Below are positions 1-8,345 of a stretch of 18,548 bases of DNA, piece after piece. The notes beneath the pieces are model-generated. The model did no database searches, had not been told where the DNA came from, and worked only from the letters and a program-made list of their open reading frames with translations. A program made the translations under genes and the position numbers. Each line of letters starts with the position of its first letter. The first letter of the stretch is position 1. Location of the stretch: assembly GCA_964631135.1 (NCBI GenBank), contig CAZVVZ010000009.1, positions 1 through 18,548 on the forward strand. The letters run 5' to 3'. The DNA comes from an uncultured Eubacteriales bacterium (lineage in GTDB: Bacteria > Bacillota > Clostridia > TANB77 > RGIG9151).

Positions 1-13
1 TATATTTTTATTC

Positions 14-90
14 GCGGGTGTAGCTCAGTAGGATAGAGCAGCAGTTTCCTAAACTGCGTGCCGTAGGTTCGATTCCTATCACTCGCACCA
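14..90 (+). tRNA. tRNA-Arg (anticodon CCT/CCU, reads AGG), CCA encoded
   Basis: Hand-folded cloverleaf. Acceptor 14-20 GCGGGTG pairs with 80-86 CACTCGC (one G-T wobble). D stem GCTC/GAGC. Anticodon stem GCAGT/ACTGC with loop TTCCTAA, anticodon CCT at 48-50. 5-nt variable loop. T stem GTAGG/CCTAT with TTCGATT loop. Discriminator A followed by CCA at 88-90. Total 77 nt. Confidence 0.93.
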
Positions 91-111
91 GACATATCTG
101 CTAGTAGATAC

Positions 112-148
112 AAAAAAACAATCAGAAAATAAAATCTGATTGTTTTTT
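112..148. terminator. Bidirectional rho-independent terminator between tRNA-Arg (+) and xerD (-)
   Basis: 10-bp perfect stem AACAATCAGA (117-126) / TCTGATTGTT (135-144) with 8-nt loop AAATAAAA. It is flanked by an A-run on the left and a T-run on the right, so either strand reads hairpin followed by U-tract. It lies between convergent genes. Confidence 0.7.
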
Positions 149-168
149 CTATACCGAAAAATTTCTCT

Positions 169-1050
169 TTAAGCTCTCGGATGAGTTTTTTGATATACTT
201 CTTTTAATTTACTATTTGCAAGCTGTGCATAAATCTGAGTTGACGAAATATCTGAATGACCAAGCATCTCCTGAATCGCTCTTAAGTCTGCACCATTTTC
301 TACTAAGTGTGTAGCAAATGAATGTCTTAATGTATGAGGTGTGATGTCCATAGAAATCTTCGCCTGATTTTTATACTGCTTAATTATTTTCCAGAATCCT
401 TGTCTTGTGAGTCTTCCGCCATTTGTATTAACAAACAATGCTGTTTCGTCATCAGTATGGATCATAGCATTCCTTGCTTCTTTTAAATAGTCTGTCAAAG
501 CTGCACATGCAGCAGCACCTACCGGTATTACCCTCTCTTTGTGTGCATTTCTGCATTTTATAAAGCCCATTTCAACGTTAACATCAGAAATATCCAAATT
601 TATCAATTCAGAAACTCTTATACCGGTTGCATAAAGTATTTCAAGCATAGCTTTATCTCTATATCCTTTTAAATCGACACATTTAGGCTGTTCTAATAAC
701 AAATTGACCTCACTGACGGAAAGAATTTTAGGCAATTTCTTTTCCATTTTAGGAGATTCCAATCCTTCTGTAGGATCCTCTTCAACCACTTTAGTTCTAA
801 CCATATACTGATAAAAAGAACGAATTGAAGCAAGATTCCTCGAAATTGTAGAAGTTGCCTTTCCTTCTTTTTGTAAATATATAAGATATGTTATTATACT
901 AGTTTTATTAGCAGTTTTAAAATCTAAATTATTATTGTCTACATATGTCATATACTGCTCTATATCTCTTCTATACGACTGAAGTGTATTATCAGATAAC
1001 TTTTTATCATTTACCAAAAAATTGGTAAAATTTGTGATATATTTATTCAT
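169..1050 (-). CDS. xerD: Site-specific tyrosine recombinase, XerD-like (293 aa)
   Basis: N-terminal SAM-like core-binding region (LSDNTLQSYRRDI). Catalytic signature present: YATGIRVSEL (Arg), HKERVIPVG (Lys), HTLRHSFATHL (His-x-x-Arg), LGHSDISSTQIY (His...Tyr). Size and the HSD motif fit chromosomal XerD rather than a phage integrase. SD AAAGGGA lies upstream of the ATG at 1050. Confidence 0.88.
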   Translation of the reverse strand: MNKYITNFTNFLVNDKKLSDNTLQSYRRDIEQYMTYVDNNNLDFKTANKTSIITYLIYLQKEGKATSTISRNLASIRSFYQYMVRTKVVEEDPTEGLESPKMEKKLPKILSVSEVNLLLEQPKCVDLKGYRDKAMLEILYATGIRVSELINLDISDVNVEMGFIKCRNAHKERVIPVGAAACAALTDYLKEARNAMIHTDDETALFVNTNGGRLTRQGFWKIIKQYKNQAKISMDITPHTLRHSFATHLVENGADLRAIQEMLGHSDISSTQIYAQLANSKLKEVYQKTHPRA

Positions 1051-1081
1051 GCTATCATCCCTTTCTGAAAGTGTACGATTT

Positions 1082-1110
1082 ATTTTATCATTAACTCCTT
1101 ATCATTTCAA
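1082..1110 (-). promoter_or_regulatory. Putative sigmaA-type promoter for xerD
   Basis: On the - strand: TTGAAA (1110..1105), 17-nt spacer, TAAAAT (1087..1082). It lies about 30 nt upstream of the xerD SD, in the only sizeable gap (108 nt) downstream of the LCP gene. Confidence 0.4.
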
Positions 1111-1158
1111 GCTGTTTATGTAAATTAAATATATTTTTATTACTGCTTATATGCAAAT

Positions 1159-2355
1159 TTATTTATAATCACTTCCTAATATGACTGTAACATCTACTTT
1201 TGATCCATCTTCTTTTTCCGTTTTGACCTTACCGACACCTAAAAATTCTTTAACTTGCTTCGCATAATCATCGTCCGTCCTATTTATAATGCTGGTGGAT
1301 ATATTGGTACTGGTTTTATAATTCCCTATTTTTATAACATTATACCCTTCTTCTTTCAGCTTCTCTGCTACGGAATTTGCCAAACCGGAACGTGAAGTCC
1401 CATTTAAAACTTCAATTGAAATTTCACTATTCTTTTTATCATCAGAGCCACTACTATCCGTAGCCACTTCATTTATAAACATTTCTTCAATCAGCTTTTT
1501 CGTTGCATCAGCATCATGTACAAAATATGAAATTGAGCCTATATATTTACCCTCTCCCGGCAGTGTTTCAAGTCTTAAGTTATTCTTATCGAATTTTTTA
1601 ACGTCATCTACATAAGTTAATATTTCACTTAATTTCATGTCAGTTTTTACAGATTCTAGTCCAAGAGATATCAACTCTGGGAGTTTTAATAATGTAGAAG
1701 GCTTTAATACCTGTTCAACAGCCGATCTTATAAATTCCTGTTGAGCTTCTATTCTCTGAACGTCTCCTAGAGGATAACCTGTTCCATCATTATTTTTTCT
1801 AAACCTTATAAACTGCTCTGCTTTTTCGCCATCTAAAACTTGATACCCTTTTTTCAAATCTATGTGCAAATTCTGTGCATTATCATCATATTTCATGTTT
1901 ATAGGTACTTCCATTGGAATTCCCCCAATAGCATCTACCATTTTTCTTACAGCAGCAGTATCGAAAATTACATAATAATCAGGCTCCAAAGCGGTAATAT
2001 CTTTCACTTTATCTGCTAATTTTTGAATATCTTTACCACGTGCATATGCTGAATTTATTTTACCGTCTACAGTACCCACTACTTTAGTATCTCTCGGAAT
2101 AGATAATGCATTGACTTTACCGGTTTCGGGATTGTACTTCGCTAACATAATAAAATCAGTAAGTGGTCCATCCGGATGAAGACCTGCTATCAGCACAGTT
2201 ACTGATTTTTTATTTGTTCCGAAAATGTTTTCCGGTATTTCTGTAATTTCTTTTCCTGATATTTTTGCATAAACTATAATTGCACCAAGTATTATTGCTA
2301 TAACTATAAACATTATCAATGAAAACTTAAAAACCAATTTTACAAACTCTTTCAA
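1159..2355 (-). CDS. LCP (LytR-CpsA-Psr) family cell-envelope polymer ligase with C-terminal LytR_C domain
   Basis: N-terminal TM anchor (FSLIMFIVIAIILGAIIVYA). LCP core motifs present (LSIPRDT, RFRKNNDGTGYPLGDVQRIEAQQEF). C-terminal LytR_C-like segment (ISIEVLNGTSRSGLANSVAEKLKEEGYNV). TTG start at 2355 is preceded by AGGAGGG with a 9-nt spacer. Confidence 0.88.
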   Translation of the reverse strand: MKEFVKLVFKFSLIMFIVIAIILGAIIVYAKISGKEITEIPENIFGTNKKSVTVLIAGLHPDGPLTDFIMLAKYNPETGKVNALSIPRDTKVVGTVDGKINSAYARGKDIQKLADKVKDITALEPDYYVIFDTAAVRKMVDAIGGIPMEVPINMKYDDNAQNLHIDLKKGYQVLDGEKAEQFIRFRKNNDGTGYPLGDVQRIEAQQEFIRSAVEQVLKPSTLLKLPELISLGLESVKTDMKLSEILTYVDDVKKFDKNNLRLETLPGEGKYIGSISYFVHDADATKKLIEEMFINEVATDSSGSDDKKNSEISIEVLNGTSRSGLANSVAEKLKEEGYNVIKIGNYKTSTNISTSIINRTDDDYAKQVKEFLGVGKVKTEKEDGSKVDVTVILGSDYK

Positions 2356-2376
2356 TGGGGAACACCCTCCTATAAC

Positions 2377-2955
2377 TTAATTTTCCTTGTCTTTAGTATT
2401 CTTCTTTGCTACTTCCAAAGCACGCTGACTTTGAGGATGTATAGTCTTACCTCTTTCCATCACATTATCTATGCAATACTCAAGTGCTAAAACCAATGCC
2501 TTATCTAAATCTTTGTATGCCACATTTCTAATAGGCTCTAACCCCGGCAAGTCTCGCCCCTCTTCTATCAAATCCGCTATATAAATAATTTTATCTAGTT
2601 TCTCCATACTCTCATTAGCCAAAGTATGATACTTTATAGCCTGTACAATTCTATCGTTGACACCAAATTTTTTCTTTGCAATATCCGCGCCCACCTCAGC
2701 ATGTAACATTCCGGGAGACTCTAACTTAATAGGATCCAATTCAATTCCGTTATCCTTGCAGTAAGCAATAAGCTCACTGTTTTCCATATTCTTGGCAACG
2801 TCATGCAATAATCCGGCAAATTTCGCATCATTTATATCGACGGAATGAATTTTAGCCAATTTCACAGCCATATCCATTACACCAATACTGTGAGTAAATC
2901 TCGGTGCTTTTAAATTTTTCTTTAGATATTCTATTATTTTCTCCTCATCTAACAT
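2377..2955 (-). CDS. yqeK: HD-domain bis(5'-nucleosyl)-tetraphosphatase, YqeK family
   Basis: RFTHSIGV...GLLHDVAK HD motif. 192 aa, the usual YqeK size. The conserved yqeK-LCP adjacency seen in Clostridia-like genomes is present. SD AAAGGGG lies 8 nt upstream of the ATG. Confidence 0.85.
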   Translation of the reverse strand: MLDEEKIIEYLKKNLKAPRFTHSIGVMDMAVKLAKIHSVDINDAKFAGLLHDVAKNMENSELIAYCKDNGIELDPIKLESPGMLHAEVGADIAKKKFGVNDRIVQAIKYHTLANESMEKLDKIIYIADLIEEGRDLPGLEPIRNVAYKDLDKALVLALEYCIDNVMERGKTIHPQSQRALEVAKKNTKDKEN

Positions 2956-2975
2956 TCTAAATACCCCTTTTTAAT

Positions 2976-3563
2976 TTAAACTGTAGTTTTTACCATACTT
3001 ATAACTTCAGCAGCTACCTCCGGTACACACGAATTTATTGCTATACCTAAAAAAGATGACTTTACACCATCACGTATCGCACTTAAAGATTCTAACGGTA
3101 ACCAATTTATAAGCAAAATAAGCAAATAAACCACTAATATTCCGTTGACAGCCCCTATTAAAAGTCCTCCAACTTTATTCACAACATTTAATATCGGTAA
3201 GTTAGCAATTTTATTTAATATTCCAATTACTATCATACATACTATTTTAAGCAGTATAAATAAAATAATTACAGATAGCACATTTATTATTCGTCCGGCA
3301 ATATTTTTCAAAATTTCCTCACTAACAATACTTATAGCATTAAAAAATAAATTTTCATTATTTCTTATCCATTCTACAATAAATAAATCAAAATTAAAAG
3401 TTTCTATTAGCATTTTTGAAACCGTAGGTGCCAGCATTACAGATAAAATAGTAACTACAAAATATTGAACAAGGCTCAAAGCAGACCTTACCAACCCTTT
3501 ATAATACCCCAAAAGCATAAATACTAATATAACAAGCAAAATACCCAAATCAAATTTACTCAT
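2976..3563 (-). CDS. CvpA-family integral membrane protein
   Basis: 195 aa with four or five hydrophobic helices. N-terminus MSKFDLGILLVILVFMLLGYYKGLVRS is typical of CvpA/colicin V production family proteins. SD GGAGG lies 8 nt upstream of the ATG. Confidence 0.7.
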   Translation of the reverse strand: MSKFDLGILLVILVFMLLGYYKGLVRSALSLVQYFVVTILSVMLAPTVSKMLIETFNFDLFIVEWIRNNENLFFNAISIVSEEILKNIAGRIINVLSVIILFILLKIVCMIVIGILNKIANLPILNVVNKVGGLLIGAVNGILVVYLLILLINWLPLESLSAIRDGVKSSFLGIAINSCVPEVAAEVISMVKTTV

Positions 3564-3580
3564 TACTATACCTCCAAAAA

Positions 3581-4414
3581 TTATCTATATGCAACCAAAA
3601 CTCTGTCATTATTAGAATAATCTTTTATAATTTCTACTTTACTATATCCAAAATTTTTTAATATGTCAGAAACGTCGTTTGCCTGATTATAGCCAATTTC
3701 AAAAACTAAAATGCCATCATCTTTTAAATATTCCAAAGACGTTTTTGAAATTTTTTTATAAAAATCAAGGCCGTCTTTTCCGCCATATAAAGCCAAATGC
3801 GGTTCATTCAGTACTTCCTTTGACAGAGTTTTCATATCTTCTGCATTTATATACGGAGGATTAGAAACTATTATATCAAATTTTTCTTCAGGAATTTCAG
3901 AAAACAAATCCGAAATAAAGAATTTTACTTCCGCTTCATTTATTTCCGCATTTTTTTCTGCCACATTGATAGCTTTAGCACTAACATCAGAAGCATATAT
4001 TTTTGCATTTTTAATATTTTTTGCCAAAGATACGGAAATACAGCCTGATCCTGTGCAAACATCTAAAATTTTCACATTTTCCTTATCGGTTAATAGTTCA
4101 ATAACCTTATACACTAAAATTTCCGTATCTGCCCTTGGAATCAATACGTCACTGTTTACTGTGAATTTAAGTCCCATAAAGTACTGCTCACCTAATATGT
4201 ACTGCAGTGGCTCTCCATGTATTCTTCTTTCTTTAACTTTTAAAAAATCTTTATACTCTTTATCGGAAAGTTCATAATCAGTGTTGCTCATTATCCATTC
4301 TTTAGTTTTGCCTAAAGTAAATACCATCAGCTCTCTAGCTTCATAAAAATAATTATCGATTTTATGATCGACAAATTCTTTATTCGCCAATTCTAAAATA
4401 CTTTTTATATTCAT
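3581..4414 (-). CDS. prmC: Peptide chain release factor N5-glutamine methyltransferase PrmC (HemK)
   Basis: SAM motif ILDVCTGSGCI, catalytic NPPY (IVSNPPYI), and the conserved GEPLQYILG motif. 277 aa. Confidence 0.92.
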   Translation of the reverse strand: MNIKSILELANKEFVDHKIDNYFYEARELMVFTLGKTKEWIMSNTDYELSDKEYKDFLKVKERRIHGEPLQYILGEQYFMGLKFTVNSDVLIPRADTEILVYKVIELLTDKENVKILDVCTGSGCISVSLAKNIKNAKIYASDVSAKAINVAEKNAEINEAEVKFFISDLFSEIPEEKFDIIVSNPPYINAEDMKTLSKEVLNEPHLALYGGKDGLDFYKKISKTSLEYLKDDGILVFEIGYNQANDVSDILKNFGYSKVEIIKDYSNNDRVLVAYR

Positions 4415-4416
4415 AA

Positions 4417-5355
4417 CTAGTCCTCAATCATAGCATTTTTTACAGCTGCAATTGCCACATATAGTTGAATATCATTCGGCTCTGTTACCGTAAAGTATTC
4501 TATCCACATTCCGCAAATCATAGAAATCGTCTTAGATACTCCTCCATTAAACATTCCGAACAATCTCGAAATTTCATAAGCAACCCCGATAGACAATACT
4601 AAAACCCCTGCTCTTATTAAAAATGCTAAAAATAAACTATCCATTTTCACAAAAATAAGCGCAATGCTACAAATAACTATACTTAAAAAGAATATGTACG
4701 ATAACGCTCTAGGATGGAACTTATAAGCTTGCTTTACATTCTCAATTGAGAGTTCCCTATCAGCCTCAAAGCAGTTTAAAACCTTATTGATAGCACAAGA
4801 ATATTGCCTAATATTAGCAAAAACTCCCCCGGCAAACTTAAACACCACAAACCCTATAATCAATAAAACAATTCTACTTATGCACTCTATCACATTAAAT
4901 AAAATCCACTGTCCGTCTCCGTAATTATTTGAAAAAAGTGAGCTGATAACTACAGGTAATATGAAAAATCCTAAAATGACAGCCAGCATTAGCACTAATG
5001 TTCCGAAAAATTTTAACCAAGCCAATGAATTTTCTGCCTTTGCCTTGTCCTGATTTTTGAGCCATTCCTCTTTAAATAAAATTTCTGTTTCACCTTCTTC
5101 TTTTACTTCACTGTCAAAATACTCTGCAGAATAAAGTAAGGTTTTATAAAGTAATGCACCGGCCTCAAACAATTTAATAACTCCTCTGACAAATATAATA
5201 GGTAAATTGGATATAAACTTTGCATTTCCTTTATCTAACAGTATATTGCCATTTGTTTTCTTTATAGCGATAGCATACTTACTTCTTCCTACAGCAGTAA
5301 CCCCTTCTACTACCGGATTAGCACTTAATTTAAAAGTTTTTATTAGTCCCATCAA
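4417..5355 (-). CDS. DUF1385-family membrane protein (frequent prmC neighbour)
   Basis: N-terminal soluble segment (VVEGVTAVGRSKYAIAIKKTNGNILLD) followed by several TM helices. About 310 aa, sited immediately upstream of prmC as in many Firmicutes. The start is TTG 5355 or ATG 5352, and both are served by AAGGAG. Confidence 0.75.
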   Translation of the reverse strand: MMGLIKTFKLSANPVVEGVTAVGRSKYAIAIKKTNGNILLDKGNAKFISNLPIIFVRGVIKLFEAGALLYKTLLYSAEYFDSEVKEEGETEILFKEEWLKNQDKAKAENSLAWLKFFGTLVLMLAVILGFFILPVVISSLFSNNYGDGQWILFNVIECISRIVLLIIGFVVFKFAGGVFANIRQYSCAINKVLNCFEADRELSIENVKQAYKFHPRALSYIFFLSIVICSIALIFVKMDSLFLAFLIRAGVLVLSIGVAYEISRLFGMFNGGVSKTISMICGMWIEYFTVTEPNDIQLYVAIAAVKNAMIED

Positions 5356-5366
5356 TAGCTCACTCC

Positions 5367-8321
5367 TTATTTACCGGCAAACACAATTATTTTGCCCTTA
5401 TTTATTTTGTCTACATTTATTTGTAAAATTTGAAGCCCCAATTTATTAAATAATACGTCAATCGACTTTTTTGAAAAAATATTTTTAATCCCTGCTTTCG
5501 CCCACATAGGTTTATCAGCAAGTTTTGAAAAAGCATTATCGGCATCATAGATTTGAAAAACAATAACCCCGTCAGACGATAAGTTGTCCGAATATTTTCT
5601 TATAGTTTCTTCCACTTTATATGTTTTACTAAGCAAATCTTCCATAAAAATAATATCTGCTGTTTTTGATAAATCCGGCTTTTCAACCCTAAATCCATAG
5701 CTCTCTGCAGCCGTCTTAAATTCTCCGTTGTCGTCTGAACAATCTAATATACTATCGCCTTCTGTAATATCACATATGTTTTCCAAAATATCATAAGCAG
5801 CCGAAATTTTGCTTTCATCTATGTTATTATCAAATTTACTCCAATATATTTTTTCTTCGATATCATTTTCAGCGAAAACATGTCCGCACTCATCGCAACA
5901 AGAATATTTTACAATTGCCGGTTCATTATACGTTAAATTTTCATCCTCAATATTCATATACGTTGCTGTAGGTTTACTTGTCCCCCCGCAAATAGGACAC
6001 CTATCTATAATTTTTTCTGCCTTTTTAGAAAATATATAATTCTTATTACTATGTCCATTAGGTAAAATTTCTCCGGCTAATGTAAAATTCTCAATAAAAG
6101 CATTCTGATAGCAGTAAAAACTTAAATCCGGTTTATCAAAATAATTATATATTTCTCCTAAAGCAAGGTAGCATCTATCAACTCTATAATTATACTTTAA
6201 AGATATTTTATAATATTTTTCAGCAAGAGAAAATGCCCTTTGCTTTTTTAATTTCTCAGCAAAATCAAAAAATATCTTTAAATGATCTTCAACTACTGAA
6301 ATTTTTTTATCCTTTAACTCTTCCTGAAGTTTATCTATAGACATAAATTTGACTGCATCATATAAAATATCGTCTATTTTATCAAGAGGCATGTTAATTT
6401 TTGCAAAATTTAAACTGTCAAACAATTCAAAATACTCTTGTAGCTTATCATCATCAGCTTCTAAAATTTCGCAAATCAGTACTATATCTTGCTCAAGCAA
6501 ACCATTTAGTATCACTTTATCTAAGCACTCAGGAATTTTATCAAACTCATTATTCCTAAAATAAATATTTGTAAGTAAATAATTAAAATACGTCAATAAA
6601 TTGTCTGTTATGTCATTTTTTTGCTTAATTCTGTCTATCCAATTCAAGACATAACTATACGAAGCTTGTAAATAGTAATATTTACTAATTTCAAAATAAA
6701 ATTTCTCTTTTGCCACACCGCAAATACTTACAAACCTGTCTATTGTGTCAATGTCAGCAATATAGGCAATTTCCTTAAAAATGCCAAAAGCAATTTGGAA
6801 ATCATTTTCCGAAAAATTTTCCATAGGTTGGTTATTGAAATATGCATATAAAACAGTTAAATATGTATAAGACATATTTTCACTGATGCTAAAGAACTTG
6901 TCTTTACAATTTCCCGCCACTAAAGCCGCACTAATCAATAAAAAAGCTCTCTCGTCTTTACTTTCCTTATAAACTTTAACATACTTATCAGCAGTCTCCT
7001 CAAAATTTTCGGTTAATAATCTTGAAGTAAAAAATGCTTTGTCTACCTCTTCATACTTTTTGTAATAATCCACAAAATAATACAGAAATATTTCCTTAAA
7101 TTCCGTAAGCCTCAAAGCATCTACAATGAATTTTTCATTTTCTTTTTTAGAAACATCAATTATAGAATTTATAAACATAACAACGTCTTCTGTTTTCTCA
7201 TTTGAAATAATATGCAATAGCCCCATAAGTGCTTTAAAATTCATGCAATCTACTTTTAGTGCCTGAGTAAAACAATCTAATGCTTTTAATTTATCATTCA
7301 AAAAAACATAATGCTCGCCCAATAAAGCATATGCTTCACTTTTTTTTGCATAAAAAGGATTGCTTGAAATCATATTATCTTTTTCAAATTTTTTTTCAAA
7401 CTCAACAGCATCTTCTAAAGCTTTTATAGCCCTTTTTTTATCTATCTTTTCAAAAAGTAAGTACTCGTAAAATTTAAAAGTTGGATTATTGACATGCTTT
7501 TTTTGAATATCTTCAAGCATCTTTACCCGATATTCAAAAGAATATTTATTTGGAAAAAGATTCGCAACCTTAACCCTATTTTCGTCTATTGATGTAGTAA
7601 CATTAAACGACGAAACCAACTCATCATAATTAGGTGTATTTTCAATAAGCCTAAAAAAATAATCAGATACTTCAAGGTTCTCTTTAAGGTTCTCTCTTAA
7701 GCCATAAAAGTAATCTACCGGAGTGAAATTACCTAAAGCAAAGTTCCTATCTAGAAGCAGTTTGTTCCTTTTTGCCTTTTTTAATAAAAGTCCCTTCATA
7801 TACCCGGAATGATTTATAGTTAAAAGCTCGGTAAATATACTAGGTAAAGCTATGTTCTTATCAATATCAAATAAGGCTTCATGTATTGTCCTATTATATC
7901 TAATATTATCCGAATGTTTAAAAATTCGCATTGAAGAAGCAGTTTCAGCGATCTCAGTCTCTGTATAAAAGTTAACCATTTTACAAGCAACTGCATTATA
8001 ATTTAGTCTAATTGCATTCTCAATCGCAGTTCTGATGTTTTTTGCAGTGTCGCTATCAAACCATTCATCTGCATCCAAAAATATTATCCAGTCCCCCGTT
8101 GCATTATCTAAAGCAAAATTTTTAGCAGCAGAAAAATCATTCTTCCATTCAAAATAAAAAACCTTTGCTCCTTTTCCCTTAGCTATATCTATAGTCTCGT
8201 CAGTAGAACCCGTATCTACAATAATTATTTCATCAACATACTCTTTATAACTATCTATTGACTTGCCTATATTTAAAGCCTCATTCTTTGCAATTGTACA
8301 TGCAGACAATTTTATGTTCAT
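5367..8321 (-). CDS. Large multidomain protein (984 aa): N-terminal family-2 glycosyltransferase, central TPR/helical region, C-terminal Zn-ribbon plus class-I methyltransferase-like domain
   Basis: GT2 motifs present: SACTIAKNE, IIIVDTGSTDET, WKNDFSAAKN, FLDADEW (DxD). TPR-like repeats present (e.g. SEAYALLGEHYVFLNDKLKALDCFTQALKVD and AEKYYKISLKYNYRVDRCYLALGEIYNYF). Zn ribbon is CPICGG...CCDECGH, followed by a Rossmann-like ILDCSDDNGEF...ADIIFMEDLL...LSSDGVIVFQI. I place the start at ATG 8321, preceded by AGGAGGAG, not the track's TTG at 8345. Confidence 0.85.
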   Translation of the reverse strand: MNIKLSACTIAKNEALNIGKSIDSYKEYVDEIIIVDTGSTDETIDIAKGKGAKVFYFEWKNDFSAAKNFALDNATGDWIIFLDADEWFDSDTAKNIRTAIENAIRLNYNAVACKMVNFYTETEIAETASSMRIFKHSDNIRYNRTIHEALFDIDKNIALPSIFTELLTINHSGYMKGLLLKKAKRNKLLLDRNFALGNFTPVDYFYGLRENLKENLEVSDYFFRLIENTPNYDELVSSFNVTTSIDENRVKVANLFPNKYSFEYRVKMLEDIQKKHVNNPTFKFYEYLLFEKIDKKRAIKALEDAVEFEKKFEKDNMISSNPFYAKKSEAYALLGEHYVFLNDKLKALDCFTQALKVDCMNFKALMGLLHIISNEKTEDVVMFINSIIDVSKKENEKFIVDALRLTEFKEIFLYYFVDYYKKYEEVDKAFFTSRLLTENFEETADKYVKVYKESKDERAFLLISAALVAGNCKDKFFSISENMSYTYLTVLYAYFNNQPMENFSENDFQIAFGIFKEIAYIADIDTIDRFVSICGVAKEKFYFEISKYYYLQASYSYVLNWIDRIKQKNDITDNLLTYFNYLLTNIYFRNNEFDKIPECLDKVILNGLLEQDIVLICEILEADDDKLQEYFELFDSLNFAKINMPLDKIDDILYDAVKFMSIDKLQEELKDKKISVVEDHLKIFFDFAEKLKKQRAFSLAEKYYKISLKYNYRVDRCYLALGEIYNYFDKPDLSFYCYQNAFIENFTLAGEILPNGHSNKNYIFSKKAEKIIDRCPICGGTSKPTATYMNIEDENLTYNEPAIVKYSCCDECGHVFAENDIEEKIYWSKFDNNIDESKISAAYDILENICDITEGDSILDCSDDNGEFKTAAESYGFRVEKPDLSKTADIIFMEDLLSKTYKVEETIRKYSDNLSSDGVIVFQIYDADNAFSKLADKPMWAKAGIKNIFSKKSIDVLFNKLGLQILQINVDKINKGKIIVFAGK

Positions 8322-8345
8322 ACCTCTCCTCCTTCTCTTTAGCAA

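Noticed and set aside
14-1050. A tRNA gene next to a tyrosine recombinase, which could mark an integrative island or prophage boundary.
   Set aside because: The recombinase has XerD size and motifs, including the SAM-like N-domain and HSD...Y C-terminus. It is convergent with the tRNA and separated from it by a terminator, and it is followed only by core genes. I could not find any repeat of the tRNA 3' end (att-like direct repeat) elsewhere in the window.
1116-1126. TTATGTAAATT, a 10/11 match to the XerD-binding arm of the B. subtilis dif site as I recall it (TTATGTAAACT), just upstream of xerD.
   Set aside because: The expected partner arm is missing. The 11 nt positioned 6 nt to the left match only about 4/11, and the inner palindromic CATAA/TAGAA element is absent. 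An AT-rich 11-mer in an AT-rich intergenic region overlapping the predicted promoter is plausibly chance.
7340-7396. Homopolymeric A/T tracts of 7-8 nt inside the GT2 gene (T8 at 7340-7347 and 7389-7396; T7 at 6303-6309, 7433-7439, 7498-7504) as possible slipped-strand phase-variation switches.
   Set aside because: At about 26% GC with many AAA-AAA Lys-Lys codons, such runs are expected by chance. They are shorter than tracts usually shown to phase-vary, and the reading frame is intact. Population sequencing would be needed to revive this idea.
5367-8321. A SunS-like GT2 domain, suggesting a glycocin/RiPP biosynthetic cluster.
   Set aside because: There is no precursor-peptide ORF, C39-peptidase ABC exporter, thiol-disulfide oxidoreductase or immunity gene nearby. 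The flanking genes are fmt and DUF1385/prmC, with gaps of 24 nt or less.
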